Shown: positions 32,101 to 43,763, numbered from the stretch's first letter. The stretch is 64,000 bases of DNA from Patescibacteria group bacterium (GCA_038063515.1 JBBTUY010000004.1:35717-99716), one strand, 5' to 3'. The notes: generated by a model from the letters alone, not told the origin. A program made the numbers and translations.

Positions 32101-33021
32101 TTAAATCTTTTTTGGAAAGATAAAGGACAATGTAATTGAAGAAAAAAGTGCAAACATTATAACAGCGAATGAAATAAGTGATGATACATGCAAGCCAAAT
32201 ATCCCAGCGAGCATCTTAAGACCAATAAATACAAGTATCACAGCGAGACCCTTCTGTAAGTGGTGAAAGCGGTGTAAAATATTTTCAAGCAAAAAGAATA
32301 ATGCTCGAAGACCCATAATAGCAAAAATATTTGAAGTAAACACAACGAATAAATTTTGTGAGATAGAAAATACAGCGGGTATAGAGTCGACAGCAAATAT
32401 GATATCTGTCGCCTCCACCATAAGCACAACCATGAAAAGTGATGTAAAGTAAAACTTACCATTTTCTCTAAAAAAGAACTTCCCGCCATGGTGACTATCA
32501 GTAAAGGGAAATATTTTATGGAAAAACTTAATAATTTTATTGTCTTTAAAGTTGATGTGCTCCTCCTTCTTTTGCCATAATAACTTTATGCCAGTATAGA
32601 GAAGTATCGCTCCAAATATATAGAGAACCCAGTAAAACTGATGAATGATGTATGCACCAAGTCCAATAAAAATACCTCGGAAAATTATCGCCCCTAAAAT
32701 TCCCCAAAACAAAGCTCTATGGTGGTATTTTTCCTCCAGATTAAAATAGCTGAAAATGAGCATGATGACAAAGAGGTTGTCTACTGAGAGCATCTTCTCA
32801 GTAACATATGCACTAAAGAATTCAATAGCCAGATCTTTTCCTACAAATAAAAATATAAGCATGCCGAACAAAAGAGATACAGCTATCCAAAAAATAGACT
32901 GATACAAAGCTGGCTTAAACTCGATCTTATGGCTCTTTTTATTAAAAAATCCTAGGTCTGCGACCAGAAAACCTGTCACCACAACACCAAATAATAGCAT
33001 TAAAATATTTTGAGCATCCAT
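32101..33021 (-). CDS. terC: TerC-family integral membrane protein
   Basis: Multiple TM helices; the EKMLSVDNLFVIMLIF motif is characteristic of TerC/Alx. Confidence 0.7.
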   Translation of the reverse strand: MDAQNILMLLFGVVVTGFLVADLGFFNKKSHKIEFKPALYQSIFWIAVSLLFGMLIFLFVGKDLAIEFFSAYVTEKMLSVDNLFVIMLIFSYFNLEEKYHHRALFWGILGAIIFRGIFIGLGAYIIHQFYWVLYIFGAILLYTGIKLLWQKKEEHINFKDNKIIKFFHKIFPFTDSHHGGKFFFRENGKFYFTSLFMVVLMVEATDIIFAVDSIPAVFSISQNLFVVFTSNIFAIMGLRALFFLLENILHRFHHLQKGLAVILVFIGLKMLAGIFGLHVSSLISFAVIMFALFSSITLSFIFPKKI

Positions 33022-33023
33022 TA

Positions 33024-33797
33024 TTATATTTTACCATATCTCCCTATTTTTGTCCTTTTTATCATATACGCGAGTGCTGGTACACACATCTTCTCCCCGA
33101 GGGCATTTGCTATGGCTCGTACATATGTACCACTGCTACATGTAGTCACGAACTTAGCTATAAAAAACTCTTGATCTACCTTATCAATTTTTGTATTTAA
33201 TTTTTCATCCCACATGTTTAAGATTATTTGTTGCCTAAAATCACCTTCTACTTTAGCTATCCTTTTTTCTATATTAGAAAGTAATTTTTTACCAGATATC
33301 TTCCTCAAACTTAAGAATTCTAAATTCTTTACATTTACTTCTCTCGTCGTAACGGGTACATCTAAGCCTTCTCTCGCGTAAACAAATAGTGCTTTACCAT
33401 CTACTGTCTTTGAGGAATACGCTGGATAAGTCTGGATGAATCCACCTTTGAAATATTTTAAATTATCTTTTATAGAATTTGATAAATTTTTACGATTATA
33501 ACTTTTGATATATCTAAATACAGGTGGAGATGTGACTTTTCCTAAGATGTCATACGTATCTGTAGAAAAACCAAAAAGAACTTCAAATACGTATTCTTTA
33601 GTCAAAGCCAAATATTTATCTTTATTTTTAACTTCTTCACCTGTTAAGACTAGGAGCAGACCTCTTGCCATAGGATCCAGACGCCCCGCATAAGTCATTT
33701 TGATTTTTTCGTATCCTTTATTTTTTAGACGGAAATTATCAAGTGCAGCAAGAGGTGTCTCCCCTTCTTTTTTATCAATGACAACAACTTTCTTCAT
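33024..33797 (-). CDS. truB: tRNA pseudouridine(55) synthase TruB
   Basis: YAGRLDPMARGLLLVLTG catalytic-Asp motif; KEYVFEVLFGFSTDTYDILG. Confidence 0.75.
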   Translation of the reverse strand: MKKVVVIDKKEGETPLAALDNFRLKNKGYEKIKMTYAGRLDPMARGLLLVLTGEEVKNKDKYLALTKEYVFEVLFGFSTDTYDILGKVTSPPVFRYIKSYNRKNLSNSIKDNLKYFKGGFIQTYPAYSSKTVDGKALFVYAREGLDVPVTTREVNVKNLEFLSLRKISGKKLLSNIEKRIAKVEGDFRQQIILNMWDEKLNTKIDKVDQEFFIAKFVTTCSSGTYVRAIANALGEKMCVPALAYMIKRTKIGRYGKI

Positions 33798-33896
33798 AGA
33801 TTTATTTATTGTGTAGCGGATGTAGATGTGCTATTATGCCTACTGCTCCAACTATAATCTTAAGTCTATTTGATTACTAGCTATAATACTATCTAA

Positions 33897-34124
33897 CTAA
33901 CCCAAATTATCTAAATCATGTTTGGAGTAATTCACAGCAACCACAGGTACATTAAAACCAGGGTGTTCATTTGGGCAAATAACAACAGCACCTTCACCAA
34001 TAGATGTTAAAACACCACTAACTTCTTTCCTGCAATACTGACAAGTTATTTTTATAGTGTCACCTATACGTTGCCCTAATTTTCTCTCTTGAGAATTAGA
34101 CTTATTTTCTAATTTTATTTCCAT
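33897..34124 (-). CDS. Hypothetical small protein with Cys pairs (possible zinc ribbon)
   Basis: 75 aa; CQYC...CPNEH. Confidence 0.3.
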   Translation of the reverse strand: MEIKLENKSNSQERKLGQRIGDTIKITCQYCRKEVSGVLTSIGEGAVVICPNEHPGFNVPVVAVNYSKHDLDNLG

Positions 34125-34227
34125 ATATTTATTAAGATTAAGTATTAAAAACTAATAATATGCTATATTATATCACAAAAATTTTATTTTGTTAAAAACT
34201 TCAAAATAGTGTAGATTATATAAGCAC

Positions 34228-34312
34228 GGAGGCGTCGCATAGCGGTCTAGTGCACCATCTTGGAAAGGTGGCATACCGAAAGGTATCGAGAGTTCAAATC
34301 TCTCCGCCTCCG
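34228..34312 (+). tRNA. tRNA-Ser (anticodon GGA). Type II with long variable arm; CCA not encoded.
   Basis: Manual fold: acceptor GGAGGCG/CGCCTCC, D-stem GCAT/GTGC, anticodon stem CCATC/GGTGG with loop TTGGAAA, variable arm CATACCGAAAGGTATC, T-arm GAGAG-TTCAAAT-CTCTC, G73. Confidence 0.85.
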
Positions 34313-34384
34313 CATTGACAACCTGTTAGTTTTGATGACCCACTTAGTTATGTACTAAGTGCGACCCACAAAGCTTCATGTTAC

Positions 34385-34416
34385 AAAAAAGAACGATGAG
34401 TATCGTTCTTTTTTGT
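34385..34416. terminator. Bidirectional intrinsic terminator (A6-gaacgat-loop-atcgttc-T6). Ends both the tRNA-Ser transcript and the minus-strand NirK operon.
   Basis: Stem-loop flanked by A- and T-runs between tRNA-Ser (+) and the DUF1059 gene (-). Confidence 0.65.
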
Positions 34417-34430
34417 TGATATAAAATATT

Positions 34431-34616
34431 TTATGCCGTCTCAAATCTTGCCTTATTATCCACCATCCACTTATCTTGATCTTCTTTTGTCTTAGATGGA
34501 TTACTCATTACATAAGCATGAGCTTCCATGTAGTGAGGCATAAGTGCTTGCATCCATTGTTCAAACGTTTCGCCTTGTGCTGTCGCTTCACATAAATCAC
34601 ATTTCAATGTTTTCAT
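34431..34616 (-). CDS. DUF1059-like small putative metal-binding protein
   Basis: MKTLKCDLCEATAQGETFEQWMQALMPHYMEAH fits the K.C....C...G.TEE....H...H pattern of that family. Last gene of the DM13-NirK operon. Confidence 0.45.
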   Translation of the reverse strand: MKTLKCDLCEATAQGETFEQWMQALMPHYMEAHAYVMSNPSKTKEDQDKWMVDNKARFETA

Positions 34617-34659
34617 AGTATTTAAAAGTTATTAATAATTGATTATATTATAAGACTTT

Positions 34660-34953
34660 TTATATTAATCCCAAACTAAAAGAAATTGTATCTTCAGAAA
34701 ATATCTCTTCTTTTTTACGAACGAGAGCTTTTAGTGGTAGTAGGTATGTACCAGATCTCTTGTCTGGAAAGATCGATGTCTTCCATTTTGTTTTACCTAT
34801 AGTTACCATGACTGGAATAGAACCGAAACCTGCTTTTACTTTAGATCCTTTCTTTATTTCTTCTGACTCTTTCTTTGGAACACCTGCAAAATGCCATCCT
34901 GCCATACCAGGATAGAGCCAGACTTTTGATCTAAATTTATAAACTTTTTTCAT
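34660..34953 (-). CDS. DUF1905-domain protein
   Basis: FRSKVWLYPGMAGWHFAGVP...GFGSIPVMVTIGKTKWKTSIFPDKRSGTYLLPLKALVRKKE. Confidence 0.55.
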   Translation of the reverse strand: MKKVYKFRSKVWLYPGMAGWHFAGVPKKESEEIKKGSKVKAGFGSIPVMVTIGKTKWKTSIFPDKRSGTYLLPLKALVRKKEEIFSEDTISFSLGLI

Positions 34954-34962
34954 TATTTTTAA

Positions 34963-36207
34963 CTAATGCATTTTCATCTCTTCTAGCATATTTTTATCAC
35001 TTTCAATCTTTTTAAATATCTCTGGGTTCTCATCCCCTGTAACTTCAAGTACTGCCCACGCACCTTTATTCATTCGTGCGAGAGCGTGATCCACGAGTAA
35101 GTATTTACCAGGGACATCAACAGTAAACTCTACAATGCTTGCTCCACCTGGGAGAACAGCGGTTGCTTGAGTATTATGCTCCATCGCACCTCCAATACTC
35201 GCATTTGGATACACGGTATCAAAAATTTCACCAATTACATGGAAAGATGATATTAGGTTCACGCCACCATTACCGACATACATACGAATTCTATCTCCCA
35301 CTTTTGCTTGCATTCGTGGTGTTGTTTCAATGCGACCATTGAAAGTTACATAATTAGGCTGTCCGTCCAAGAGTGCATCAGGGTCAAATGGTACCAGTCC
35401 TTTTTTTCCAAGTTGCCCCATAGTGTATAGCTCTCCTTGCATAACATAAAATTCTTTATCAACTTCTGCAAATCCTTCTTTTGGATCAACTAAAATCATT
35501 CCGTATTGTCCATGTGAATTGTGAGTTGAAACATTGGGCATCGCACAATGATATATATAAAGACCTGGATTTAATGCTTTCCATCTAAATGTTTTTGTTT
35601 CTCCAGGTGCCACATGGGTAACTGACGCTCCGCCTCCTGGGCCTGTAACTGCATGCAGATCTATATTGTGATCATGTAGGCTTGACGGGTCATTTGTCAG
35701 TGTTAATTCTACCGTATCTCCCTCGCGTATACGAAGCATTGGACCAGGAACTTGTTTATTGTATGTCCAGTAGTTGAAATAAATTCCAGGGGATATCTCT
35801 CCGAGGACTTCTTGTGCAGTCAAACTAATACGCACAATACCGTCTGCGTCAGGTGCTTGTGGTTTTTCTGGAACAACTGTCGGATCTGCACCAATATCTG
35901 CGACTTTATCGAAACGATTTTCATATCTAAAAAAATCTATAATTTTAGCAAATGGGATAGATGGAGGGAGTCCACCTGGAGCGTGTGAATGCACAAATGC
36001 TGGCATAGCAAAATCAGGAGGATAAGTTTTGTTTGCCACTAGTCCTGTGAAAAAAGCAATAACAATTAGAGCGACTGGGATGTATAGCCATTTTTGCTTA
36101 AAAATTGAATGGAAATGCCCTTGTTTCCATACATATCGCACAATTACGATAAAGGCTATAAATCCTACTATTCCAGATATCATTTCAAAAATAAGGTATT
36201 TGAACAT
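34963..36207 (-). CDS. nirK: Copper-containing nitrite reductase NirK (two-domain multicopper oxidase) with an N-terminal transmembrane anchor
   Basis: HNIDLHAVTGPGGGASVTHVAPGETKTFRWKALNPGLYIYHCAMPNVSTHNSHGQYGMILV contains type-2 Cu His ligands and type-1 Cu C/H/M ligands. Two N-terminal TM helices. Confidence 0.85.
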   Translation of the reverse strand: MFKYLIFEMISGIVGFIAFIVIVRYVWKQGHFHSIFKQKWLYIPVALIVIAFFTGLVANKTYPPDFAMPAFVHSHAPGGLPPSIPFAKIIDFFRYENRFDKVADIGADPTVVPEKPQAPDADGIVRISLTAQEVLGEISPGIYFNYWTYNKQVPGPMLRIREGDTVELTLTNDPSSLHDHNIDLHAVTGPGGGASVTHVAPGETKTFRWKALNPGLYIYHCAMPNVSTHNSHGQYGMILVDPKEGFAEVDKEFYVMQGELYTMGQLGKKGLVPFDPDALLDGQPNYVTFNGRIETTPRMQAKVGDRIRMYVGNGGVNLISSFHVIGEIFDTVYPNASIGGAMEHNTQATAVLPGGASIVEFTVDVPGKYLLVDHALARMNKGAWAVLEVTGDENPEIFKKIESDKNMLEEMKMH

Positions 36208-36232
36208 ATAAAATATTTATTACATTAATAAT

Positions 36233-36688
36233 CTACAAACTTGAAATATCGGCGTAGTTAAACAATACTCCAAATGCCTTACACCAAACCATCACATATT
36301 TGTAATCTTTGATATTTGCACTTGTGGGTATTTTGTAATTTATATTTCCTTCAGTTGCTTTTACTTTACCCAAGCTTATATACTCTTTTGCATCCAAATC
36401 TTTAGATAGATAAACATAAATATCTGGTCCATTGATTGTTTTAAAGTTTTCATATCGTACATATGTATCAGTTCCATCTGAAACAATACGAATTGATCCA
36501 CTAGCTTCGTGTCCTCCTGTACCTACTATTTGAGCAGATTTAATTTCTACTTCTTTTGGTATATCTTTTGTATTTGAAACAGGTACAGCTTCGTTAGCTT
36601 TTATGTTTATGAAAAGTGGAGAGATAAGATAGTATCCAATTCCAATTACTGCGATTATTACTAATATGATTAATAACTTTTTAACCAT
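36233..36688 (-). CDS. DM13-domain protein (predicted electron-transfer domain), membrane-anchored. First gene of the NirK operon.
   Basis: Signal anchor plus GTGGHEASGSIRIV...NGPDIYVYL blocks resembling DM13. 25 nt upstream of nirK. Confidence 0.5.
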   Translation of the reverse strand: MVKKLLIILVIIAVIGIGYYLISPLFINIKANEAVPVSNTKDIPKEVEIKSAQIVGTGGHEASGSIRIVSDGTDTYVRYENFKTINGPDIYVYLSKDLDAKEYISLGKVKATEGNINYKIPTSANIKDYKYVMVWCKAFGVLFNYADISSL

Positions 36689-36787
36689 GATCTAATGTTA
36701 ACATTTTCTTGTTATTTTTTCTACCAATAAAGTAAAGACAGCTTTACATCAACCAAATAAATATGTATACTCAAAATACGAAAATAT

Positions 36788-37000
36788 ATGAAAGAATGCA
36801 TAAAAAATGAAGTCGGGAAATTACGGACGCAAGTAGGGGCTACTCAAGAAGATCTTGCTAGCAAGGTCAGCGTGAGCCGTCAAACCATTATTGCTCTTGA
36901 GAAGGGCAACTACACCCCGTCTATATTATTAGCATTAAAGATTGCTGGCTACTTCAAGATGCCAGTAGAGAAAGTATTTAAAATATCATATGAAAAATAA
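36788..37000 (+). CDS. XRE-family helix-turn-helix transcriptional regulator
   Basis: LRTQVGATQEDLASKVSVSRQTIIALEKG is the classic Cro/C1 HTH. 70 aa. Confidence 0.8.
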   Translation: MKECIKNEVGKLRTQVGATQEDLASKVSVSRQTIIALEKGNYTPSILLALKIAGYFKMPVEKVFKISYEK

Positions 37001-37352
37001 CATCAAAGAAATAATCATAACTGTGTGCTTGATTGCGATAGCAATTATTTTACTGAACCCCTTCCATTTTTGGATGCCAGACATGATGGTTATGTGCATG
37101 CTCGCTATAGCTCTTGCTCTCTTTGGTGTATTTGCAAGCTTCATACTTCGGGAGCAAACAGTAGACGAACGAGATGATGTTCATCGAACTCTTGCAGGAA
37201 GAAATGCATTCCTTGCTGGGTCATCAATTCTGATGATTGGTATAGTAATACAAGGATACTCACACGCCGTAGACCCATGGTTAGTTATCGCTTTGATAGT
37301 AATGATTCTAGTCAAAGTAGCCACTCGTATGTGGAGTGACAAGAACCTCTAA
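36990..37352 (+). CDS. Small membrane protein (3 TM) translationally coupled to the XRE regulator (DUF2178-like arrangement)
   Basis: Overlaps the XRE stop by 11 nt; hydrophobic helices. Confidence 0.5.
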   Translation: MKNNIKEIIITVCLIAIAIILLNPFHFWMPDMMVMCMLAIALALFGVFASFILREQTVDERDDVHRTLAGRNAFLAGSSILMIGIVIQGYSHAVDPWLVIALIVMILVKVATRMWSDKNL

Positions 37353-37368
37353 TATAGAGTTATCCACT

Positions 37369-37402
37369 AAAACAGATGTAAACCATGCTTTACATCTGTT
37401 TT
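37369..37402 (+). terminator. Intrinsic terminator, 14-bp stem aaaacagatgtaaa/tttacatctgtttt
   Basis: Perfect stem ending in a TTTT run, 17 nt after the membrane-protein stop. Confidence 0.7.
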
Positions 37403-37455
37403 AGTATTGTATATACTTTATCTATTATAATTATTAATTAACAAAGAATATATTT

Positions 37456-38034
37456 ATGAATAAAAACACAGGGATTATTATAGGGGTTATTGCACTCGTT
37501 GTGATAGTCGGAGGAATCTATGCATCAACAAATAGTAAAGATGATGCGATGATGGAAAAAGAAAAGATGGAACAGCAAGCCATGGAAGATCAAAAGATGG
37601 CTGAAGAAAAGATGATGATGGAGAAAAAAGCAATGGAAGAGAAAGATGCGATGATAAAAACTGATAGCATGATGAAAAAAGATGAGACAAATATGATGGA
37701 GAAGAGTGATACCATGATGAAGGCTGGTTCTTATGAAGCATATTCAGCAGAGAAAGTTATGTTGGCTTCTAGTACTCACGATGTTGTATTATTTTTTAGA
37801 GCTAGTTGGTGTCCAACATGTATTGCAGTTGATAAAGACATAAAGGCAAATCTCGGAAAGATTCCATCAAGCCTTGCTATTTTAGATGTTAATTATGACA
37901 ACTCAAGTGACCTTAAGAAAAAGTATGGGGTTACATACCAGCACACATTTGTGCAAGTTGATAAAGATGGAAATATGATCAAAAAATGGAGTGGTAGTCC
38001 AACTCTATCTGCTCTCGTTTCTGAAGTAAAATAA
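37456..38034 (+). CDS. Membrane-anchored thioredoxin-fold protein (WCPTC) with a Met/Glu/Lys-rich repeat linker
   Basis: N-terminal TM; linker MMEKEKMEQQAMEDQKMAEEKMMMEKKAMEEKDAMIKTDSMMKKDETNMMEKSDTMMK (more than 20 Met); thioredoxin core VVLFFRASWCPTCIAVD. Confidence 0.65.
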   Translation: MNKNTGIIIGVIALVVIVGGIYASTNSKDDAMMEKEKMEQQAMEDQKMAEEKMMMEKKAMEEKDAMIKTDSMMKKDETNMMEKSDTMMKAGSYEAYSAEKVMLASSTHDVVLFFRASWCPTCIAVDKDIKANLGKIPSSLAILDVNYDNSSDLKKKYGVTYQHTFVQVDKDGNMIKKWSGSPTLSALVSEVK

Positions 38035-38035
38035 C

Positions 38036-39799
38036 ATGTTGCTCCTCCTGATCTCATTTGTAAGTGGCGTACTTACAATACTTGCTCCATGTATCCTACC
38101 ATTACTTCCTGTAATTGTCGGACACTCTATCACTGATACTACCCCAAGCAGAAGGAGGCTGTTTGTTGTGGTAGCTTCTCTTGCAGTATCTGTAATACTT
38201 TTTACCTTACTTCTAAAAGCAAGTTCACTGCTTATCGATATACCTCAAGATTTCTGGAAATGGATCTCTGGTGGAATCATATTTTTCTTTGGAATAACCA
38301 TGCTTTTCCCAAGTATATGGGAAAGGTTTTCTTTCGCCAATACTATTTCTCTTAAATCAAACAAGGTTCTAGGAGAGGGGTATAAAAAAGATAGTATTTG
38401 GGGTGATGTAATAATTGGGGCATCACTTGGTCCTATATTTTCTGCTTGTAGCCCCACTTACTTTGTGATCTTGGCTACAATTTTACCAGTGTCACCTATA
38501 TTGGGAATTATATATCTTATGGCGTATGTGCTAGGTTTGTCACTTGCTCTTATTATCGTAGCTCTGTTGGGCGAACGAATTATGGCTAAAGTTGGTAAAG
38601 TTTCAGACCCTAGAGGATGGTTTAAAAAGATATTCGGAATCATTTTTATTCTTGTCGCTATCGCTATTATCTCTGGATATGACAAAAAGCTTCAAATTAG
38701 TTTACTGGATTCAGGATTCCTTGATGTTACAAAAATAGAACAGAAGCTTTTAGATAGTGAGAACAAGACTAAAGAAAATAAAGATGCTTCTATTGAAATT
38801 AATAACTCACAGCCAGAAACAGAAAAAATGTCATTTTTAAGTTTAAAAGAAAAAAGTAAAAAGTTTGAGCTAGCTCCAGATTTGAGTTCTATTGATGGGT
38901 ATATCAATGTAGACAATATATCAAATAAATTACCGATTACTATTTCAGAATACAAGGGCAAGAAAGTGGTACTACTCGATATTTGGACATATAGCTGTAT
39001 CAATTGTCAGCGTACTATTCCATATCTAAATGAATGGCATAAAAAGTATGAAGATGATGGGCTGGTAATTATCGGTCTACACACTCCAGAGTTTGCTTTC
39101 GAGAAAATACAGAAAAATGTTGAAAATGCCGTGCAAGATTTTAAGATAAAATATCCAGTAGTTTTAGATAATGATTTCTCTACATGGCGAGAATATAAAA
39201 ATCAATACTGGCCTAGGAAGTATCTCATAGATATAGATGGTTATATCGTCTATGATCATGCGGGTGAAGGTCAATATGAAGAAACAGAAAGACAGATCCA
39301 GAAAGCATTAGGTGAATTAAATTATCGCTTAAAAACAGAGAAAGAAATAAGTACAGAAATATCAAAACCAAACAATGTTACAGAAGTAAATTCAAATAAA
39401 GTGAACAGTCCAGAAACATATTTTGGGTCAGCAAGAAATAGTATTTTGGCTAATGGAAAGAATGGTGTCAGCGGAAATCAAACTCTCTCACTCCCATCTT
39501 CTATTTCTTTTAACAAACTATATCTCGATGGTACTTGGAACATCACTCCTGAATATGCAGAAAATACAAACTCAGGAATTATTGTCTTCAATTATGAAGC
39601 AAAGAATGTTTACATAACAGCTGGGTCAGAAAATGGAGTTGAAGTAGAAATTTACAAGGATGATGTTTTTATAAAGAAATTAACCATCAAGAATGAAACA
39701 CTCTACCAACTCATAGGAGATTCTGATTATGAGAAGCACACACTGCGTATTATGATACCAAAGTCTGGATTGCAAGCGTTTACATTTACATTTGGATAG
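38036..39799 (+). CDS. CcdA/DsbD-type transmembrane thiol-disulfide transporter fused to a periplasmic TlpA/ResA-like thioredoxin domain plus a C-terminal beta-rich domain
   Basis: TM Cys motifs LAPCILP and SACSPTY (CcdA hallmarks). Redoxin block VLLDIWTYSCINCQRTIPYL...YWPRKYLIDIDGYIV. Start overlaps the preceding stop (taaCATG). Confidence 0.7.
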   Translation: MLLLLISFVSGVLTILAPCILPLLPVIVGHSITDTTPSRRRLFVVVASLAVSVILFTLLLKASSLLIDIPQDFWKWISGGIIFFFGITMLFPSIWERFSFANTISLKSNKVLGEGYKKDSIWGDVIIGASLGPIFSACSPTYFVILATILPVSPILGIIYLMAYVLGLSLALIIVALLGERIMAKVGKVSDPRGWFKKIFGIIFILVAIAIISGYDKKLQISLLDSGFLDVTKIEQKLLDSENKTKENKDASIEINNSQPETEKMSFLSLKEKSKKFELAPDLSSIDGYINVDNISNKLPITISEYKGKKVVLLDIWTYSCINCQRTIPYLNEWHKKYEDDGLVIIGLHTPEFAFEKIQKNVENAVQDFKIKYPVVLDNDFSTWREYKNQYWPRKYLIDIDGYIVYDHAGEGQYEETERQIQKALGELNYRLKTEKEISTEISKPNNVTEVNSNKVNSPETYFGSARNSILANGKNGVSGNQTLSLPSSISFNKLYLDGTWNITPEYAENTNSGIIVFNYEAKNVYITAGSENGVEVEIYKDDVFIKKLTIKNETLYQLIGDSDYEKHTLRIMIPKSGLQAFTFTFG

Positions 39800-39928
39800 A
39801 TAATTATTCTAATGAAGCAATCTTCTTCTCTTTCAATAGAAACCTACTTGGCAGATATACAATCAAATCTCCTTTCTCTGTGGAATATAAAAAGATAGCG
39901 GATAGGGTGTAGGAGATACTACTAAAAG

Positions 39929-41959
<2,031 letters not shown>

Positions 41960-42466
41960 TTAATATCTTGTTTCTAGCTGACGTTCTATCCTATTTGTAC
42001 TTGTGGAAGTACAGGAAGCATCCCCAATATTATAACCTTTAGAAACTATAGTTGTTACAGTTCTAATTCCTGAAGTAGCATCTTTTTGAACTGTTACTAC
42101 TGCACAATTTGTACTACTTGCAGCACCTAAACCAGTTAAAATAAAAGTATATACTCCGTTATTAGGATTACCAGCAATAGCTGCCCAAGTTGCAGTGATG
42201 TTGGAATTTCCGCCACAGTTTACGGTAGTTGATACACCAGGCAAAACAAAACGACTACTTACACCTTTATCATTCATAAGGGCACATTCTATGCCGGTAT
42301 CAGCGGCAAAGAAAGAATCGTTTGTATCCCGTGCCGAAGTAGTGAATTTAAGTTCTTTGAGAGCTATATTTGCAATGCCCAAAGTTATAGAAAGCAAAAT
42401 ACTTGATACTACTACTGCAAATAGTATAACGAAAGCCTTATTCTTTTGTATATTTTGTAATATCAT
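41960..42466 (-). CDS. PilX-like pilus-associated protein (hydrophobic N-terminal helix without a canonical G/FTLIE prepilin site)
   Basis: N-terminus KAFVILFAVVVSSILLSITLGIANIALKELK resembles PilX_N-type proteins. Ser/Thr-rich with several Cys. 9 nt upstream of ligA. Confidence 0.4.
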   Translation of the reverse strand: MILQNIQKNKAFVILFAVVVSSILLSITLGIANIALKELKFTTSARDTNDSFFAADTGIECALMNDKGVSSRFVLPGVSTTVNCGGNSNITATWAAIAGNPNNGVYTFILTGLGAASSTNCAVVTVQKDATSGIRTVTTIVSKGYNIGDASCTSTSTNRIERQLETRY

Positions 42467-42467
42467 A

Positions 42468-43076
42468 TTATTCTACCCAGTTATATAAACTTTCAGTAAA
42501 TGAAACACTTACATAAGCCCCATTTTGTAACCAATATACTGTTGAAGAAATTTTCATTTCATTAGCACTAGGAAAAGGAAAAGTTACACTTATTTTTCGA
42601 TTAAACCCAGCAGACACCCCAAGAGAAGAATTATTGTATTTACCAGTAGTAGAATTATAGTATATGGGTGCATTGCGACAATCATCAAATGAGCATGCTG
42701 TTATAGTCATAGCAGTTATGGGTTGAGTAGGATTATTATAATCTAAACTATCAGCGTTAAAATAGCATCCATTTGTAGTAGCACATAATGCATTCCATGA
42801 AGCTGTAGTAAGCTTGGTTTTAAATGCATTCCAACCAGCCTGTGAGCCACCAGCATCGTTTAATACATATGCATCACGCAAGTTTCTTATATACTCTACT
42901 CCCTCTTGTGCAAGATATGTTGCGACGACTTTCCTTTGTGCATAGTTACCATTATTAGTATCTTTAGCCGAAATAGATATGAGGCCGAGTATAGATGCAG
43001 TAAGGATGGAAATGGCAATAAGGGTCTCTATTAAAGTAAAGCCAAGATTTTTATTTGTTGTATTTTTAAATTTCAT
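42468..43076 (-). CDS. Type IV pilus minor pilin / pseudopilin
   Basis: Prepilin leader plus GFTLIETLIAISIL class III signal. Confidence 0.75.
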   Translation of the reverse strand: MKFKNTTNKNLGFTLIETLIAISILTASILGLISISAKDTNNGNYAQRKVVATYLAQEGVEYIRNLRDAYVLNDAGGSQAGWNAFKTKLTTASWNALCATTNGCYFNADSLDYNNPTQPITAMTITACSFDDCRNAPIYYNSTTGKYNNSSLGVSAGFNRKISVTFPFPSANEMKISSTVYWLQNGAYVSVSFTESLYNWVE

Positions 43077-43084
43077 ATAAATAT

Positions 43085-43753
43085 CTAGTTTACATCAATT
43101 AATCTCTGAGAAACTGAAGTTTGCAAATTAAAAGGTGTCTCTCCATTCTTTAAAAGAATTTTACCTACTAGTCTTATGGTAACAAAAGGCTGTTGTCTAT
43201 TACCAGAAGAATAAGACTCTGCGCCCAAAACAGCGAAGGATGAAACTGATTGAATCACAACTTCGTCCGGAGTTAATTTAACGAACCCTGCGGCAGCATA
43301 AGGACCAACAGTAGATTTCCATACAGCAAGTGGATTACCTGGAAGATTAGTATCAGGACCTATATAATAAACCCACTGATCGTTATCACTCGCATTATCA
43401 ATACCATCATTACTTGGAACACCTGTCTCAGGCTCAAAAGATATACCCCAACAATTTGAAGCGTTTGTGGAACTTTTTGGCACACTTACAAGATTAGAAG
43501 TAGTAGTAGGCATAGTGTCGCCTGAAAGAAAACAATGATAATTGTACCCTGTTCTCAAATTTCTAGACATATCTTCCATCATAAAGGTCATATTATCCAT
43601 AATAGATCGTACGTCCTGAGACTTCTGATGTAAAACATTCGCATTCAAAAATGCGCCCATAGCGGTAACAGCAATTATCAAAAAAAGTGACACAGCAATC
43701 ATAGTTTCTATGATTGTATATCCAGTATTATTTTGTAAAAAATTATTTTTCAT
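43085..43753 (-). CDS. Type IV pilus minor pilin / pseudopilin
   Basis: GYTIIETMIAVSLFLII prepilin cleavage/methylation motif. Confidence 0.75.
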   Translation of the reverse strand: MKNNFLQNNTGYTIIETMIAVSLFLIIAVTAMGAFLNANVLHQKSQDVRSIMDNMTFMMEDMSRNLRTGYNYHCFLSGDTMPTTTSNLVSVPKSSTNASNCWGISFEPETGVPSNDGIDNASDNDQWVYYIGPDTNLPGNPLAVWKSTVGPYAAAGFVKLTPDEVVIQSVSSFAVLGAESYSSGNRQQPFVTIRLVGKILLKNGETPFNLQTSVSQRLIDVN

Positions 43754-43763
43754 TTTGTCTAAC

